62,504 nucleotides of DNA, taken from a virus. Taxonomy: Duplodnaviria > Caudoviricetes. The DNA lies in the IMG/VR virus record IMGVR_UViG_3300005914_000007, positions 1 through 62,504 of that record, one strand, 5' to 3'. The position numbers were made by a program, and so were the translations under genes. The notes below the pieces were generated by a model. That model made no database searches and had not been told where the DNA came from. It saw only the letters and a program-made list of their open reading frames with translations. Shown piece after piece: positions 30,349 to 41,752 of this stretch (position 1 is the stretch's first letter; each line of letters opens with the position of its first letter).

Positions 30349-31809
30349 TTAAGTTATTTGATTACTAGGTAATAAATCAACTCTATTCTCATCATATTTT
30401 ATTCTAATAACACTTCTTATCAATTTCGTTGATCGTGTCTTCTTATAAACACCATCACCCTCACTACTACCTTTCTTATTGGTATTGCCTTCCATGGTTG
30501 ATATTTTGTTATTCTTTATATCACTCAATGAAATACCGATGTGGCTAAAATTAAATACGATTATATCACCAGGTAATATTTTTTCAAATGGTGGTTTTAG
30601 TACATCGACAAAATTTTGATTCTGCCGAGCCCAGTTCTCGAAATCATATGCTCCGGCAGTTTTGGGTAATGTGAATGAATATTTAATATTATCCATATTA
30701 GAAACTGCCTTAAAACAGAAACACACAAAGGCGGCACACCATGGCCAACCAGGTCCAGGAATTTTACTAGGTTTTAACCATGTAGAAGCTTGGTAGATAT
30801 AAATATCCTTACCAGTATTGGAATTCTCTGGGTCTTCACGAACACCTTCTTGCGTAAGACTCACCTCAACTATATTTTTAGCAAAGTCACTTATAACACC
30901 ACCAGATGGTCCAACCTTTTCATCAACATAAACAGGAGCACTCTTTACAACTTCAATAGTTGGATCTTCCGTAACATTTGCATCGTTATTAGGATCTAAT
31001 AATGGAACGTAACCAGGTACATCATCATCAAATGCCATCGAAACTTGTGAAACTTTTTTAGTCGATTTCCAATCATCTCCAATAACTTGATCACTTTTTC
31101 TATTTGAAGCATTATCACTAACAGTCTTTATCTTAGAATTACTATTAGTATAGACATTATTTGATAAGAACTTTGGATCACGTAATTCAAAATACTCATT
31201 CAATACGTCTATAAATCCTGGCATTGGTTGAACTGGAGCACCCTGATTACCCATATATGGACCACTACCCAGTCCGGCCAATTGTTTTATGAATTTATCC
31301 ATCCATTTCATGTAATTAGTACCCAAGATAACTTGTTGGTCAGCATTGGCATCACCAAGTGATAATTTTGAGTAATTATCCTTTAAATTTATATCGATTG
31401 TTGAATTTTTAATATTTATATTGTTGAATTTATAATCCATCATCAATCCCTCATCATCGTTCGAATATATCTGTGTCTTGTGGTCAAACAACATTGTCTT
31501 CATGGACTTATATCCTTGTTCTGACAAATCCTTTAATTTGTTTTCTAGATTCATATTATAATGATCAGCAAAGATATATTCTGGTTTATAAATATTACCG
31601 GAATCAAAAACACAAGTGAGAACCTTACCAACTTCTGGTACATTAAACTCATTACCATTTATATCTTTCCATGGTGATGCCCATGGAATATCATCAGTCG
31701 GAATATCATCAAAAACATCTAATATTCTTATACGACATCTACCGAGTCGTTTTGGGTCAATATTTACCTCGACCACACCTATATAGGTTTTAGATTTATT
31801 GATTTGCAT
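30349..31809 (-). CDS. gp5-like baseplate spike with C-terminal CHAP peptidoglycan hydrolase
   Basis: GVVE...DP..LGR.RIR..F....PWA OB-fold; PWCAAFV, HIGI, EGNT. Confidence 0.85.
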   Translation of the reverse strand: MQINKSKTYIGVVEVNIDPKRLGRCRIRILDVFDDIPTDDIPWASPWKDINGNEFNVPEVGKVLTCVFDSGNIYKPEYIFADHYNMNLENKLKDLSEQGYKSMKTMLFDHKTQIYSNDDEGLMMDYKFNNINIKNSTIDINLKDNYSKLSLGDANADQQVILGTNYMKWMDKFIKQLAGLGSGPYMGNQGAPVQPMPGFIDVLNEYFELRDPKFLSNNVYTNSNSKIKTVSDNASNRKSDQVIGDDWKSTKKVSQVSMAFDDDVPGYVPLLDPNNDANVTEDPTIEVVKSAPVYVDEKVGPSGGVISDFAKNIVEVSLTQEGVREDPENSNTGKDIYIYQASTWLKPSKIPGPGWPWCAAFVCFCFKAVSNMDNIKYSFTLPKTAGAYDFENWARQNQNFVDVLKPPFEKILPGDIIVFNFSHIGISLSDIKNNKISTMEGNTNKKGSSEGDGVYKKTRSTKLIRSVIRIKYDENRVDLLPSNQIT

Positions 31810-31829
31810 GATTTATATATTGATTAATA

Positions 31830-33581
31830 TCACCCACCAGTGATCGTATTAGTTAATACATCTCCTCCAAAATCTCTAAGAGAGTTTCTAATATCAAAAA
31901 AGAATTGGTTTGACACACCATCGACAATCTGTGATTGATAAACATTTGTTGGAGCTGGCATCCTACCTATACCCATCGAATTTCTAAGTTGGTCCAGTGA
32001 GTTGTTTATTAGTGAGAACTGTGTATTCAATTGCCTTTGAGCCTCTTGTAAGGCAGCATTTTTTAGTCCGTTTAATAATCTGGATGTTGCCGAAGTCTTT
32101 TGGTCTTTTGAGTAAGATTCTAACGCTACTGGTGTTCTAGTATCACCTTCATTCACCTTCATAACAGAACCATTTGGTGAAGAGTCTTTCAGTTTCCAAT
32201 TTCCGACATTTAAAATAAATCCATTTCTTCTCGGAATAACAACCGATGGATTAATTGGTTGTGGAAATATTGAGTAATCATATAATTCCTTATAAGTATC
32301 CTTTGCAGGATTATACCTGACAAAAGACACGTTTGAATATTTATAAGAAATCTGAGTTGACCACTTATCCATAGATACTGGCTTAGTAGATAAATCAATC
32401 GAATTCGGATGTACTGGTTTATCAAAAAAGAACTGACACTCATACACATAATAGACATATTTGGATAGGTTTGCTTTTATCATTTCTAATTTGGATAAAT
32501 TATCTTCAACAGAAGCTCCCTTCTTAATCTGGACAAAATTCCTCATCTCAGAAACATTTATCTTCATATCAAAACGAAGTAGGTTTTCTGGACATAATGA
32601 TTTACCATTAATCTTTGACCAATATAACTTTTTATATAATGAGTATAATGTACCCATATTTAAAGTAGTATCTTCGTAAAATTCAAAAGTTAAATTCTCA
32701 CTTAAATAATCTACAAATGCCTTTTGTTTTCCCGGTGTGTTACCTTCTGATAAATTATCAAGACCTGATACACCACGAACGTAGTAGAATTTATTTCTAT
32801 TCTCACCTTCAATTCCATAATCTGTCTTAAAAATAGATTCGGGCTCTGATCCAATAAAGTCTATACTTCTTGTGAATCTGAAATACTTACTCAATTCTCT
32901 AACAAACTCATAATATATAACAAGTCTTTCAGACATCTCATCATCTAATCCGTTTGACCATTCACCCAATAAAAATTCTTCTAGGTTACCATTTAAAAGA
33001 GGTGAATTATCCACATCAATAACCACATCGAATCCAAAAAATACGGGATCCTCATTATCATGATTTGAAATAAAATCACCTTCATCATAATTCCATATAC
33101 GTGACTTACTTTGTTCGAATGAATTTATATTAGTTGCTGTATCAAATGACTGTAAAACAGTTCCAGCCTCATCTGCACGTAATTTATACTTAAAATCACT
33201 TGTCGATATATCACCATAATTATCATAATCACCATCCGTCCCAGCCAAACTTTTATATGCATCCAATGTATTCCTCATTTCAGATGTGTCTGGTGGTAAT
33301 ATTTTAAACTCTGGACTATCACCAGACCACTCAGAACTCACCGTCTTATAGTATTCAATAGGTGTGAAACCCGGTGATTGACTTTTCGTTTTATCAGTTA
33401 ATGTTTCCACTAACGAAACCATACCCTTACCATCAGGATTTCCCGTTCTATTATTAACGTGCTTATTAGATGGATGATTCTTATCGTTCAAACCAGGTCT
33501 TTGCCCAGCTCTTGGATTACCAATAGCGTCATTTAGTTTATTACCTGCTGTTTGAAAAAAATTGTTTAGACCGTCTGCCAT
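31830..33581 (-). CDS. Probable structural protein (tail-tube-like fold)
   Basis: Late promoter, next to gp5; LTFEFYED..Y..W....PENLLRFDM.I. Confidence 0.45.
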   Translation of the reverse strand: MADGLNNFFQTAGNKLNDAIGNPRAGQRPGLNDKNHPSNKHVNNRTGNPDGKGMVSLVETLTDKTKSQSPGFTPIEYYKTVSSEWSGDSPEFKILPPDTSEMRNTLDAYKSLAGTDGDYDNYGDISTSDFKYKLRADEAGTVLQSFDTATNINSFEQSKSRIWNYDEGDFISNHDNEDPVFFGFDVVIDVDNSPLLNGNLEEFLLGEWSNGLDDEMSERLVIYYEFVRELSKYFRFTRSIDFIGSEPESIFKTDYGIEGENRNKFYYVRGVSGLDNLSEGNTPGKQKAFVDYLSENLTFEFYEDTTLNMGTLYSLYKKLYWSKINGKSLCPENLLRFDMKINVSEMRNFVQIKKGASVEDNLSKLEMIKANLSKYVYYVYECQFFFDKPVHPNSIDLSTKPVSMDKWSTQISYKYSNVSFVRYNPAKDTYKELYDYSIFPQPINPSVVIPRRNGFILNVGNWKLKDSSPNGSVMKVNEGDTRTPVALESYSKDQKTSATSRLLNGLKNAALQEAQRQLNTQFSLINNSLDQLRNSMGIGRMPAPTNVYQSQIVDGVSNQFFFDIRNSLRDFGGDVLTNTITGG

Positions 33582-33647
33582 GTTATATATATTAAGAATG
33601 AAACTTCTTCAAGAAACCAGTTTCAGAATAAAATATATAATGAAGTT

Positions 33648-35027
33648 ATGTTGAAAAAATATTTTGAATTTATTGTTGAATCGAACAGGAAAGATTATTC
33701 CAATAATAGCCTTATTGACGAGATTTGTATATCAATGGTATTATTGAATAATGAATTTTTAGACGATATTTTGGACCAAGGTCAGAAAGCTAGATATTCC
33801 GAAAACTCAGATGTCTTTGTAAACGACCTCAAAAACCTTGTTATGAGTAAGAATCGGTTGAAACTGGGTAAATTCTTTAATGATAAGTGTGAAGAAGATA
33901 CCGACCTTTCCAAACTTAAGTTTGTCTTTGATGATATTGATTTCAATATAGAAAGAGATTGGTCTAAATTAACCAACAACAGATTAATTGCTAGAAACAT
34001 AATAGATAAACTGCTGGGTGATGATAAATTATTACCTAGTCAAATAAAAAGTATTTATTGGTTGGGTCCGAATAAAGATGATGATCACCAAGAAGATATT
34101 GTAATTGAGGATATAACTGGTAAACAATTTTCACTTTTCTTAAATAAAAACATGCAAACACAAAGAACATCAGCTTTTAACACATTTGCTGATGAATTTA
34201 TCGGTACTGATACACAAAAACTATATGATGATGAGAATATTAAAAAGTGGAATAAATTAACACAAGAATTTGTAAGAATAACTTACGAAAACGCAACTAA
34301 GGCCGTACAAGCACACATAGAGAAATTCATTGATACAAAGAGAATTGACTCAATTGGATATTTTGAATTTTTTAATATAAGACACCGTGATCCTAGATAT
34401 AAACATCTTGGTGAATTGATGCCCGAATTTGATAAAAATATACTTATGTTCTCAGACTTACTTAAAATGGTTTGGAAATCTCCTGAACTATTGTTACAGA
34501 ACTATGAAAAGGCTAAAGATGAATGGAGTGAGGTTAAAATAGTTATATTGAATTCTAGAATACTAGAACACATATTCACATCATCTTTGATTGAAAATAA
34601 AAGTGAGGAAGTTGAAAAGTTAGATGATGGTTACAAACGATCATCTGGCTCTTTGAAAATGAAATTAATGAAAGTTTTTGTTGAAAAACTTAGATGTTTG
34701 GAAAGGCCAGTATATTATCTTTCTAAGAAAGGAGATGAGCTACACAGAATCCCATCAAGAACATTTTTCCGAGTTAATTATGATAATATAGATATAGACT
34801 TTGACTACCATGTAAAATTTGAGAAAAGTACATCAGAAGATGAACTCAATGACTTCAATATGAAAGTCCGTATGTCATTAAATGATGATGAGCTACTAAC
34901 ATTTAAGATTTTGGTTAAATTCACAGGTGCTGAGTTCTCAAATAGGTTAAGTGCCAAGTATAAATTTGACATTCCAAAAAACTTTAATTACATACTAAAT
35001 AAAATTGAGCAAGAAGAAGAAGTTTAA
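33648..35027 (+). CDS. Hypothetical protein, CTS-like N-terminus
   Basis: MLKKYFEFIVES. Confidence 0.8.
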   Translation: MLKKYFEFIVESNRKDYSNNSLIDEICISMVLLNNEFLDDILDQGQKARYSENSDVFVNDLKNLVMSKNRLKLGKFFNDKCEEDTDLSKLKFVFDDIDFNIERDWSKLTNNRLIARNIIDKLLGDDKLLPSQIKSIYWLGPNKDDDHQEDIVIEDITGKQFSLFLNKNMQTQRTSAFNTFADEFIGTDTQKLYDDENIKKWNKLTQEFVRITYENATKAVQAHIEKFIDTKRIDSIGYFEFFNIRHRDPRYKHLGELMPEFDKNILMFSDLLKMVWKSPELLLQNYEKAKDEWSEVKIVILNSRILEHIFTSSLIENKSEEVEKLDDGYKRSSGSLKMKLMKVFVEKLRCLERPVYYLSKKGDELHRIPSRTFFRVNYDNIDIDFDYHVKFEKSTSEDELNDFNMKVRMSLNDDELLTFKILVKFTGAEFSNRLSAKYKFDIPKNFNYILNKIEQEEEV

Positions 35028-35053
35028 TAGATAGTTCAAAATAAAACCTATTT

Positions 35054-36376
35054 ATGCCTTCCAATCCAAGTACTGTCGGTCTAGAAGATAATATTGATAA
35101 ACTCAAAGGAATGATATTTGATGGTGACTCATCAGCAAGTATTGTGAATGTAATTGTGGCTTCATTCCTTTCTTATGAAGAAATAGCTAAGAAAATAATC
35201 GCATCTAAAAATCCAGCAATGTCAAAAGAGCATATTGATTTGATGATAGATGGTCCTGATGAAGAAGATGAAACACCAGAAGGTAAGGCATCACAGTTCC
35301 TAAAAGGCCAAGATAAAGAAAAAGCATTATCTGGTTCGGTTAATACCAATCTTAAAAAACTTGTATTCCCATTAGAAGGTAGAATATTAAGCGAGCCAGA
35401 TGATTTTGATGATGAAGATGATGAAGATGAAATAGTACCAGAGAACGAATCAGAAGTTAAGAGACAGGAACGACTAAAACGTAGAGAAGAGAAAAATATT
35501 GAAAGAGAGAAGAAACGTGTGGAAAGAAAAGCCGAACGACAAAAACAAAAAGAGAAAGCAAAGGCAAACGCTAAGGAGAAAAGAGACCAATTCATTGAAG
35601 AAGCTAAGAAGATAGTGGCCGATGTTAAGAAAGCTCTATTCAAGATAATATCAGAACAGAAGGCTCTTATGCAAGACCTTATTAAATCAGTTATTTCATT
35701 TGGAGTTAGTATTCCGGCAATGGCTGTTATGGTTGCGGCTCCACCGTGGAATGTACCTGCCGCAATAGCCTTAGTACTCAACATAATAGAGGTTTTGAGT
35801 AAATTGGCTAAAAGGTTGACTAATGTGGTTGATTATCTTGATCCACTTAAACAATTAACATTATTGTTACCGACTGCGGTTTTCACCGTAATAACGATGC
35901 CATTGAATATTGCTATACTAATAATGATTGGTATCTACACACCAATTGCTAAACTCAAGAAAGGCATTGATTCGATACTAGCATTTCTTATGAAATTAAT
36001 AAGTCCATCAAATCTTGGTAATGTAATTGATAAGATAAAGGCACAAATACGTAAGAAAGAGAGGGAGAAAGACCGAAGTGATGATGAGGACGATAGAAAT
36101 ACATTAGATGGTGAAATTTTAGATTTGAAAAATCAACTTGGTGATATAGAGAATGGATATGATTTCACATTCACGGAAGCTGACCTTAGTAAATTCACAC
36201 AAACAGAAGATATATATGAAGAGATAAAGACTGTTCAGAAACTAGCAAATGACATTGTTTATGTATATGATGTTAAGTTACCAGACGGAACAACACTTAC
36301 AAACCTAAGTCTGGAAGATTTAGAAGGAATTAAAGAAAGGTATGATGTAGTATTCAATAATCAACAAAGTGAGTAA
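35054..36376 (+). CDS. Coiled-coil protein with hydrophobic helices
   Basis: Charged helix followed by hydrophobic segments. Confidence 0.75.
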   Translation: MPSNPSTVGLEDNIDKLKGMIFDGDSSASIVNVIVASFLSYEEIAKKIIASKNPAMSKEHIDLMIDGPDEEDETPEGKASQFLKGQDKEKALSGSVNTNLKKLVFPLEGRILSEPDDFDDEDDEDEIVPENESEVKRQERLKRREEKNIEREKKRVERKAERQKQKEKAKANAKEKRDQFIEEAKKIVADVKKALFKIISEQKALMQDLIKSVISFGVSIPAMAVMVAAPPWNVPAAIALVLNIIEVLSKLAKRLTNVVDYLDPLKQLTLLLPTAVFTVITMPLNIAILIMIGIYTPIAKLKKGIDSILAFLMKLISPSNLGNVIDKIKAQIRKKEREKDRSDDEDDRNTLDGEILDLKNQLGDIENGYDFTFTEADLSKFTQTEDIYEEIKTVQKLANDIVYVYDVKLPDGTTLTNLSLEDLEGIKERYDVVFNNQQSE

Positions 36377-36406
36377 ATCTAAGTATAAATAAAAATAACA
36401 AGAATT

Positions 36407-36631
36407 ATGGCAAAATCTAAACATCGAAAGAATCACAAGAAAAAACTTAATGAGAGAAAAGAAAACATTGAAAATACTAAGAAAAGAATGGAGAAAATGA
36501 AGAGAGAATTCATTAAAAACTTAATTGAACAAGAGAAAAATAAAGGTATGTTTGATAATATGCCAGAAGGACCAACAGTTGATGGACCCTTAAATAATGA
36601 CGGTTCGATAGTAGATGGACCATCTATATAG
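36407..36631 (+). CDS. Small basic protein
   Basis: ORF track. Confidence 0.7.
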   Translation: MAKSKHRKNHKKKLNERKENIENTKKRMEKMKREFIKNLIEQEKNKGMFDNMPEGPTVDGPLNNDGSIVDGPSI

Positions 36632-36654
36632 AGTTTAATAAAAGAAACCAGGAA

Positions 36655-37701
36655 ATGACTAATATTAAACTAAACATAAATAGTAACGACACACACACTC
36701 CAGACTTTTTATATGTTTGGGGTGAAATAGGTAAAAGGCCATCGAAATCATTCTTGCATCACAACATTGATGATGTATTGTTAGGTGATATTTTATCCAA
36801 AAAATTTCCAGATAGGAAATTAGAAAGCATATCATCCGATATCGTAACACTCAAAGATGATTACATCGAAAATATTAAATATTTTGTGAAATTAAATGAT
36901 GGTATATGGATAACATATATCTCAATTGATGGATATGAGAAAAAGTTCGATAGTGATATACAGATAATATATGATGTTAATCATATCGTTGTAGTTTCGG
37001 AACTAGTTAAAGAGATATCTAGTGAATCATCTGTTGATGGTGAAGTAGACATTGATCGTGAAAATCTTCTTTGTCTAAAAGAAGGATCACTAGAAACAGA
37101 ACCTATGGTTACACATTCTGATTTTGAAAACACTCATTTATTCTACACAAAGAAAGTGTATACAAAAATGAAGAAATTAGTTAAATCACTGAGCGTAGAA
37201 GATAGTGGTATTAGTATTCTTTGTGGTGTGCGTGGAACTGGTAAGACTAATTGTCTTAAATACATCTCAAATAAAACTGATGAATTATCTATTTTCATAC
37301 CGAATAACCTACTAGATCATTCTATAAATAATCCAGAATTTAGAAATCTTATATCTAGGTACCCAAAGGTTGTACTATTCATCGATGATTGTGAGTTTAT
37401 AACAAATTCACAATTCTCAAAAATGAATTATTTCACTTCTAATGTAATTCAAATGACGGATAGTATGGTAGATACTAATATACATATAGTATTAACCTTC
37501 AACGAACAGATTGATAAGATTGACCAAAATATACTCGATTCTAATCATGTCAGAAATGTTATAGAATTCGGAAAGTTATCTATTTTAGAATGTTCGGATT
37601 TGAGAGCACATTTGGAAATTAAGAAAAAAGTTGAAAGTGAAATGATATTGAGAGATGTTATTAATATTAATAAACACAAAAAATCACACATTGGTTTATG
37701 A
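36655..37701 (+). CDS. AAA+ ATPase-like protein
   Basis: GVRGTGKT, LFIDDCE, LTFN. Confidence 0.75.
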   Translation: MTNIKLNINSNDTHTPDFLYVWGEIGKRPSKSFLHHNIDDVLLGDILSKKFPDRKLESISSDIVTLKDDYIENIKYFVKLNDGIWITYISIDGYEKKFDSDIQIIYDVNHIVVVSELVKEISSESSVDGEVDIDRENLLCLKEGSLETEPMVTHSDFENTHLFYTKKVYTKMKKLVKSLSVEDSGISILCGVRGTGKTNCLKYISNKTDELSIFIPNNLLDHSINNPEFRNLISRYPKVVLFIDDCEFITNSQFSKMNYFTSNVIQMTDSMVDTNIHIVLTFNEQIDKIDQNILDSNHVRNVIEFGKLSILECSDLRAHLEIKKKVESEMILRDVININKHKKSHIGL

Positions 37702-38024
37702 GTAATATTTTAGAAAATGAAGAAATATTAGATGAATTAATGACATCAGATTTTAATGACAATCTTAAACCTGACCAGTGGAAATCATATTTATTTAATT
37801 TTCGAAAATATTATAAAACACTATACTCTAGATATAAAAGGGTTTCCGATAACTTGGAAATAAAAGAACGAGAATCATTAGAGACTATAAATAGAATGGT
37901 CAAAACCACTGACCAATTGAAATCAAAAATACTCGATTTAGAATATGATAATCTAGTAAATGCACAAAAAAGACGTTTAACTTTCAAAGAAAGATTTACG
38001 GGATGGATTAATAATGATATATAA
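37698..38024 (+). CDS. Coiled-coil hypothetical protein
   Basis: ORF track. Confidence 0.7.
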   Translation: MSNILENEEILDELMTSDFNDNLKPDQWKSYLFNFRKYYKTLYSRYKRVSDNLEIKERESLETINRMVKTTDQLKSKILDLEYDNLVNAQKRRLTFKERFTGWINNDI

Positions 38025-38047
38025 TCTATAAAAAATAATTCAATACA

Positions 38048-38263
38048 ATGGAATACGTTGATAAATATGATGAGATACTAAAACTCTTAACAGAGGAAAT
38101 AGAGATTAAAGGAAAAAAGTACCTAGCCAAAGATGAATTTGAAAAATTCTTTGTTAAAGGCAATAAAACATCTGGTACGAGAGTACGAAAAATCATGCAG
38201 GATGTTAAGTCACTAGCACAAGATGTGAGAGTAGATGTACAATCTTACAAAGACACTCTATAA
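38048..38263 (+). CDS. Hc1 / histone H1-like nucleoid protein
   Basis: KF..KGNKTSGTRVRK.MQDVK.LAQ..R. Confidence 0.75.
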   Translation: MEYVDKYDEILKLLTEEIEIKGKKYLAKDEFEKFFVKGNKTSGTRVRKIMQDVKSLAQDVRVDVQSYKDTL

Positions 38264-38284
38264 ATAAAAGAGTCTAATGAATTG

Positions 38285-38320
38285 AACCCGATGCATGAAA
38301 GTGTATCGGGTTTTTTTTTT
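38285..38320 (+). terminator. Intrinsic terminator
   Basis: AACCCGATGCAT-gaaa-GTGTATCGGGTT + T run. Confidence 0.9.
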
Positions 38321-38412
38321 AGAGTTCAATAAATTAAACAATTAAGTTTGTACACTTTGTATTTTATGACTATGTTTGTACAAACAAATATTAACACATA
38401 AAACAAACAATA

Positions 38413-38748
38413 ATGATAACAGAATTAATAATAATGGCTTCCGTAGTTGGATCAATAAGTTTCACCATAACGATGAGTTCAATGTTCCTAGGTTTTCGAG
38501 AGGCGGTATCTAAAAGGAATAAATTTTTAGAAAAGATGTTACACTGTCCTTGGTGTCTTGGACATTGGGTAGCTTTCATTGCAATACTTGTACTAGGGAA
38601 TTTTTCATTGATTATAGTATCACCGTACTGGCTATTAAATTTCTTATATACATCATTTGCTGTAATCGGATTTTCCGGACTATTTCACTACGTTCTACTT
38701 ATCGCCTACGACCCAGCTAAGAAAGCTGAGAAGTTACGTGAAATTTAA
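38413..38748 (+). CDS. DUF1360-like membrane protein
   Basis: CPWCLGHW between TM helices. Confidence 0.65.
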   Translation: MITELIIMASVVGSISFTITMSSMFLGFREAVSKRNKFLEKMLHCPWCLGHWVAFIAILVLGNFSLIIVSPYWLLNFLYTSFAVIGFSGLFHYVLLIAYDPAKKAEKLREI

Positions 38749-38809
38749 AAGAGAAAAGCTGAAAAGTCTAAGACTTAGAAACTGGTTAAATAGATTTAAT
38801 ATATAATCT

Positions 38810-39751
38810 ATGAAAAAATTCTCTACAATATCTAAAGTAAAAGTTGATCAAGAACCTAAACAGGAAAATATAGAAATATCTGAACTGAATCAACTTAAAT
38901 CAAAACTACACATGATAATGGATAATTATCTATCCGTTGGTGCCTCTGGTGCTATACATAAGACACTTGCAAACGGTACGCTTAGTGTAAAGGGTAAAGA
39001 ACATGTCGTAGAAGCCATTTTAGACATGTTTGAAGAGACTGGAAATAAAAAGACTATAAAGTTATTGGAATCAATGAAAAACGAGTCCAGGGATCACCGG
39101 TTACTAGATTCAAAGATTGAAAATCTTATGAGTGAGAATAGTAAGATTGAAGATTCGAAGTTGGTGAATACCAAAGTAAGAATTCAAAACCTATCTGAGA
39201 GATACACAAGTGACGTTGATTTTGAAGAAGTTCTATCTGTTAAAGTTAAGAACATGAATAAATCATTACTCGATTTACTTGAAAACATAGACATCCCACA
39301 CAACAGACGAACTTTGATACGTTCATACATTATTAATGAAGAAGCTGTTAAGTATGATATCGAGGCAGCTATTGTGACAATTAGAAGTTTTAATAGAAAC
39401 GATAGTGATGATTTTCAACATTTGGCCAGGGAAATATCCAAAGATCTTGGATATTCTACAATAACACAAGATAATATACAAAGAGCTTCCGAACATATAA
39501 TGGCTTCATCAGGAGGTGATAGAGTACCAGAAGATAGAACACTTGTTCGAGAATTATATCCGATATTTAATAACCGTCTAGTAAATGAAAATGATGCTGA
39601 TGAGAGTCTGTCTGTTATACAATGGGTTGAAGACAATGCACCTTTCACTAGCAACGAAGATATGATTAAGAAAATGATTGAGGGTCTTGGGATAACATCC
39701 GAAAAGGCTAAATATTGGTCAGGTGTCGTAAATGACCACGACAAGAATTAA
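38810..39751 (+). CDS. Hypothetical late protein
   Basis: MKKFS start after AATATATA; internal LLES/INEE/VNE motifs. Confidence 0.75.
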   Translation: MKKFSTISKVKVDQEPKQENIEISELNQLKSKLHMIMDNYLSVGASGAIHKTLANGTLSVKGKEHVVEAILDMFEETGNKKTIKLLESMKNESRDHRLLDSKIENLMSENSKIEDSKLVNTKVRIQNLSERYTSDVDFEEVLSVKVKNMNKSLLDLLENIDIPHNRRTLIRSYIINEEAVKYDIEAAIVTIRSFNRNDSDDFQHLAREISKDLGYSTITQDNIQRASEHIMASSGGDRVPEDRTLVRELYPIFNNRLVNENDADESLSVIQWVEDNAPFTSNEDMIKKMIEGLGITSEKAKYWSGVVNDHDKN

Positions 39752-40164
39752 TACCCAACCATTCGGATATCACAGTTGATATCACGGTCCAATACACCTA
39801 AACGTATCAAACTAATTTCAATATTATTAAAAGACTTAGTAGATATACTTTCACCAATACTATCAGAAATAATTGTAGTCAATTCTGATAGATAATACTC
39901 AGTTGTTGCGTGTGGGTTATCAGTATCTATATTAACTTTAAATCTGAATGTAGACATCTCTTCAGAATCACCATATGTCATTTCAACAGAGTCTTGTAAT
40001 CTATTCAATAACATAGCAAAGAACACTGGTGTTGATGTAATTAAATCAACATTCTCCACACCAAGTTCAGAACTAAACGAATTCTCCATTGATTTGGTAA
40101 ATATCTTAACGGATTCCTCATTTAATTGGTAGTGACTATTAACCAGTTCTAGTAATTCTTTCAC
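39748..40164 (-). CDS. Hypothetical protein
   Basis: ORF track. Confidence 0.65.
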   Translation of the reverse strand: MKELLELVNSHYQLNEESVKIFTKSMENSFSSELGVENVDLITSTPVFFAMLLNRLQDSVEMTYGDSEEMSTFRFKVNIDTDNPHATTEYYLSELTTIISDSIGESISTKSFNNIEISLIRLGVLDRDINCDIRMVGY

Positions 40165-40193
40165 AAATCTTATATAACTTAATACGAATAAGT

Positions 40194-40805
40194 TTATTCG
40201 TGGTGATCCACTGGTTTGATAATCTTAGTAGCCATCTCTTCTTTAATACGTTGATATGATACTGGTGAATACTCCCATCCATTACAACCCATATCAAGAA
40301 CTTTTCTATCATATAACCAATTCACATTCGGATTTTTAGCTATTGACTGATGTGAGTGTCCGTGTAGATGCCATGCACCATAATGTCCTTTGTTCCACGA
40401 GAATATCATATAATGACACATAACTATCGTTTGCCAACCTCTATTAGCATCTCCATCCTTTACATGTATCGTGGCTCCTCCTAGAGCCGTATCATCACCA
40501 TAGATTCGTTCGAACCTATCTAACTTCTGCATGTACTTATATCTATCGTGGTTACCCATGATAGCATGCATTCGACCATTCATCTGATCAACGATTTCTT
40601 TAGCCACTGTCCAGTGACATTTGTAATACAAATCACCGAGGAAGAATGTTAAATCATCTTTCCCGACAACGGCATTCCAGTTTTCAATGATTGCATGATG
40701 CATATCATCGACATTCTCAAACGGCCTATCATCATGCTTAATCACGTTAGCGTGACCAAGATGAAAATCCGATGCGAAGAATATATTTTGTTTATCTATT
40801 TTCAT
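40194..40805 (-). CDS. Metallophosphoesterase
   Basis: SDFHLGH, LGD, GNHD, HGHSH. Confidence 0.9.
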   Translation of the reverse strand: MKIDKQNIFFASDFHLGHANVIKHDDRPFENVDDMHHAIIENWNAVVGKDDLTFFLGDLYYKCHWTVAKEIVDQMNGRMHAIMGNHDRYKYMQKLDRFERIYGDDTALGGATIHVKDGDANRGWQTIVMCHYMIFSWNKGHYGAWHLHGHSHQSIAKNPNVNWLYDRKVLDMGCNGWEYSPVSYQRIKEEMATKIIKPVDHHE

Positions 40806-41107
40806 TTATTATTTATTTTTCCTTCTTTCGAAATTATTTCTGATGGATACTCGGTCTCATAATTCCATCTTCCGACAATAGTTACATCACTATCATCTTC
40901 AGTATACCGGAATGTCATATTACCATCAACCATATCACCGACATTTTCAATGTGTGATTCACAGAACATCACTAAGACATCCATCGTCATTATCTTATCC
41001 GATAAATATTTCTCACAAATGACCTTATCATTTTCAGGAAAGTAATTTGTTTGATGTTTACACATATACTCAATGTCGAAATATTTACGTATGTTGATAT
41101 CTCCCAT
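40802..41107 (-). CDS. Hypothetical protein
   Basis: ORF track. Confidence 0.65.
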   Translation of the reverse strand: MGDINIRKYFDIEYMCKHQTNYFPENDKVICEKYLSDKIMTMDVLVMFCESHIENVGDMVDGNMTFRYTEDDSDVTIVGRWNYETEYPSEIISKEGKINNK

Positions 41108-41109
41108 CT

Positions 41110-41721
41110 CTATTTTTGTGTTGATTCTCTAAATTGTGTCATTATACGATTTTTTTGTTCTCGAAACTCTTCATAAAGTTCCTCCCAAGTCCAATCATAT
41201 CGACTGTACAATTTATCAAATATATGATTTGCAACTGTCCAATCAGTTATAGTACCAGTCTCAGCTATTTGTTTTCCAAACATTGTAATTCTCATCGAGT
41301 GGTATAATGATTTCATACCAATGTCCCTATCACCTTGTATAATCTTCTTCTTACACTTAACCCAAGAATTGGATGATGCGTGTGAGAATGAATGTCTTAG
41401 AGTTGGTATATCGAGTGTGAATGGGAAATCACCATCTTTAATTTTAAATTCATCAGGAGCAAGAACACATTCGACCGAACCCGGTTTGTGTTGTTTCAAC
41501 TGTTTCTCAAAATCTTGTGGTGTTATTATATGTATGTTGAACAAACCTCTTCTCAATTCTAGATTTGATACTGTTCCATTTGCAATCAATTTGATATCCC
41601 AATCTGATACACCAACACGGTTCGTTTTGTAAACATTAGAACCAAATACGTAACAACCCTTTACTCTCGATGGATGCACATTAGCTTTCTCTAATATTTC
41701 TTCTAATTTAGGAATATACAT
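41110..41721 (-). CDS. Pol-beta-family nucleotidyltransferase
   Basis: FGS.VY.T....SDWD motif plus helical C-domain. Confidence 0.75.
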   Translation of the reverse strand: MYIPKLEEILEKANVHPSRVKGCYVFGSNVYKTNRVGVSDWDIKLIANGTVSNLELRRGLFNIHIITPQDFEKQLKQHKPGSVECVLAPDEFKIKDGDFPFTLDIPTLRHSFSHASSNSWVKCKKKIIQGDRDIGMKSLYHSMRITMFGKQIAETGTITDWTVANHIFDKLYSRYDWTWEELYEEFREQKNRIMTQFRESTQK

Positions 41722-41725
41722 TACA

Positions 41726-41733
41726 CAAATGTA
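41726..41733 (-). promoter_or_regulatory. Bacteroidota sigma70 -7 box TACATTTG
   Basis: Matches TAnnTTTG just before ATG; similar boxes at 9240, 22525, 38371. Confidence 0.55.
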
Positions 41734-41752
41734 ACGATATATTTATGGAGTA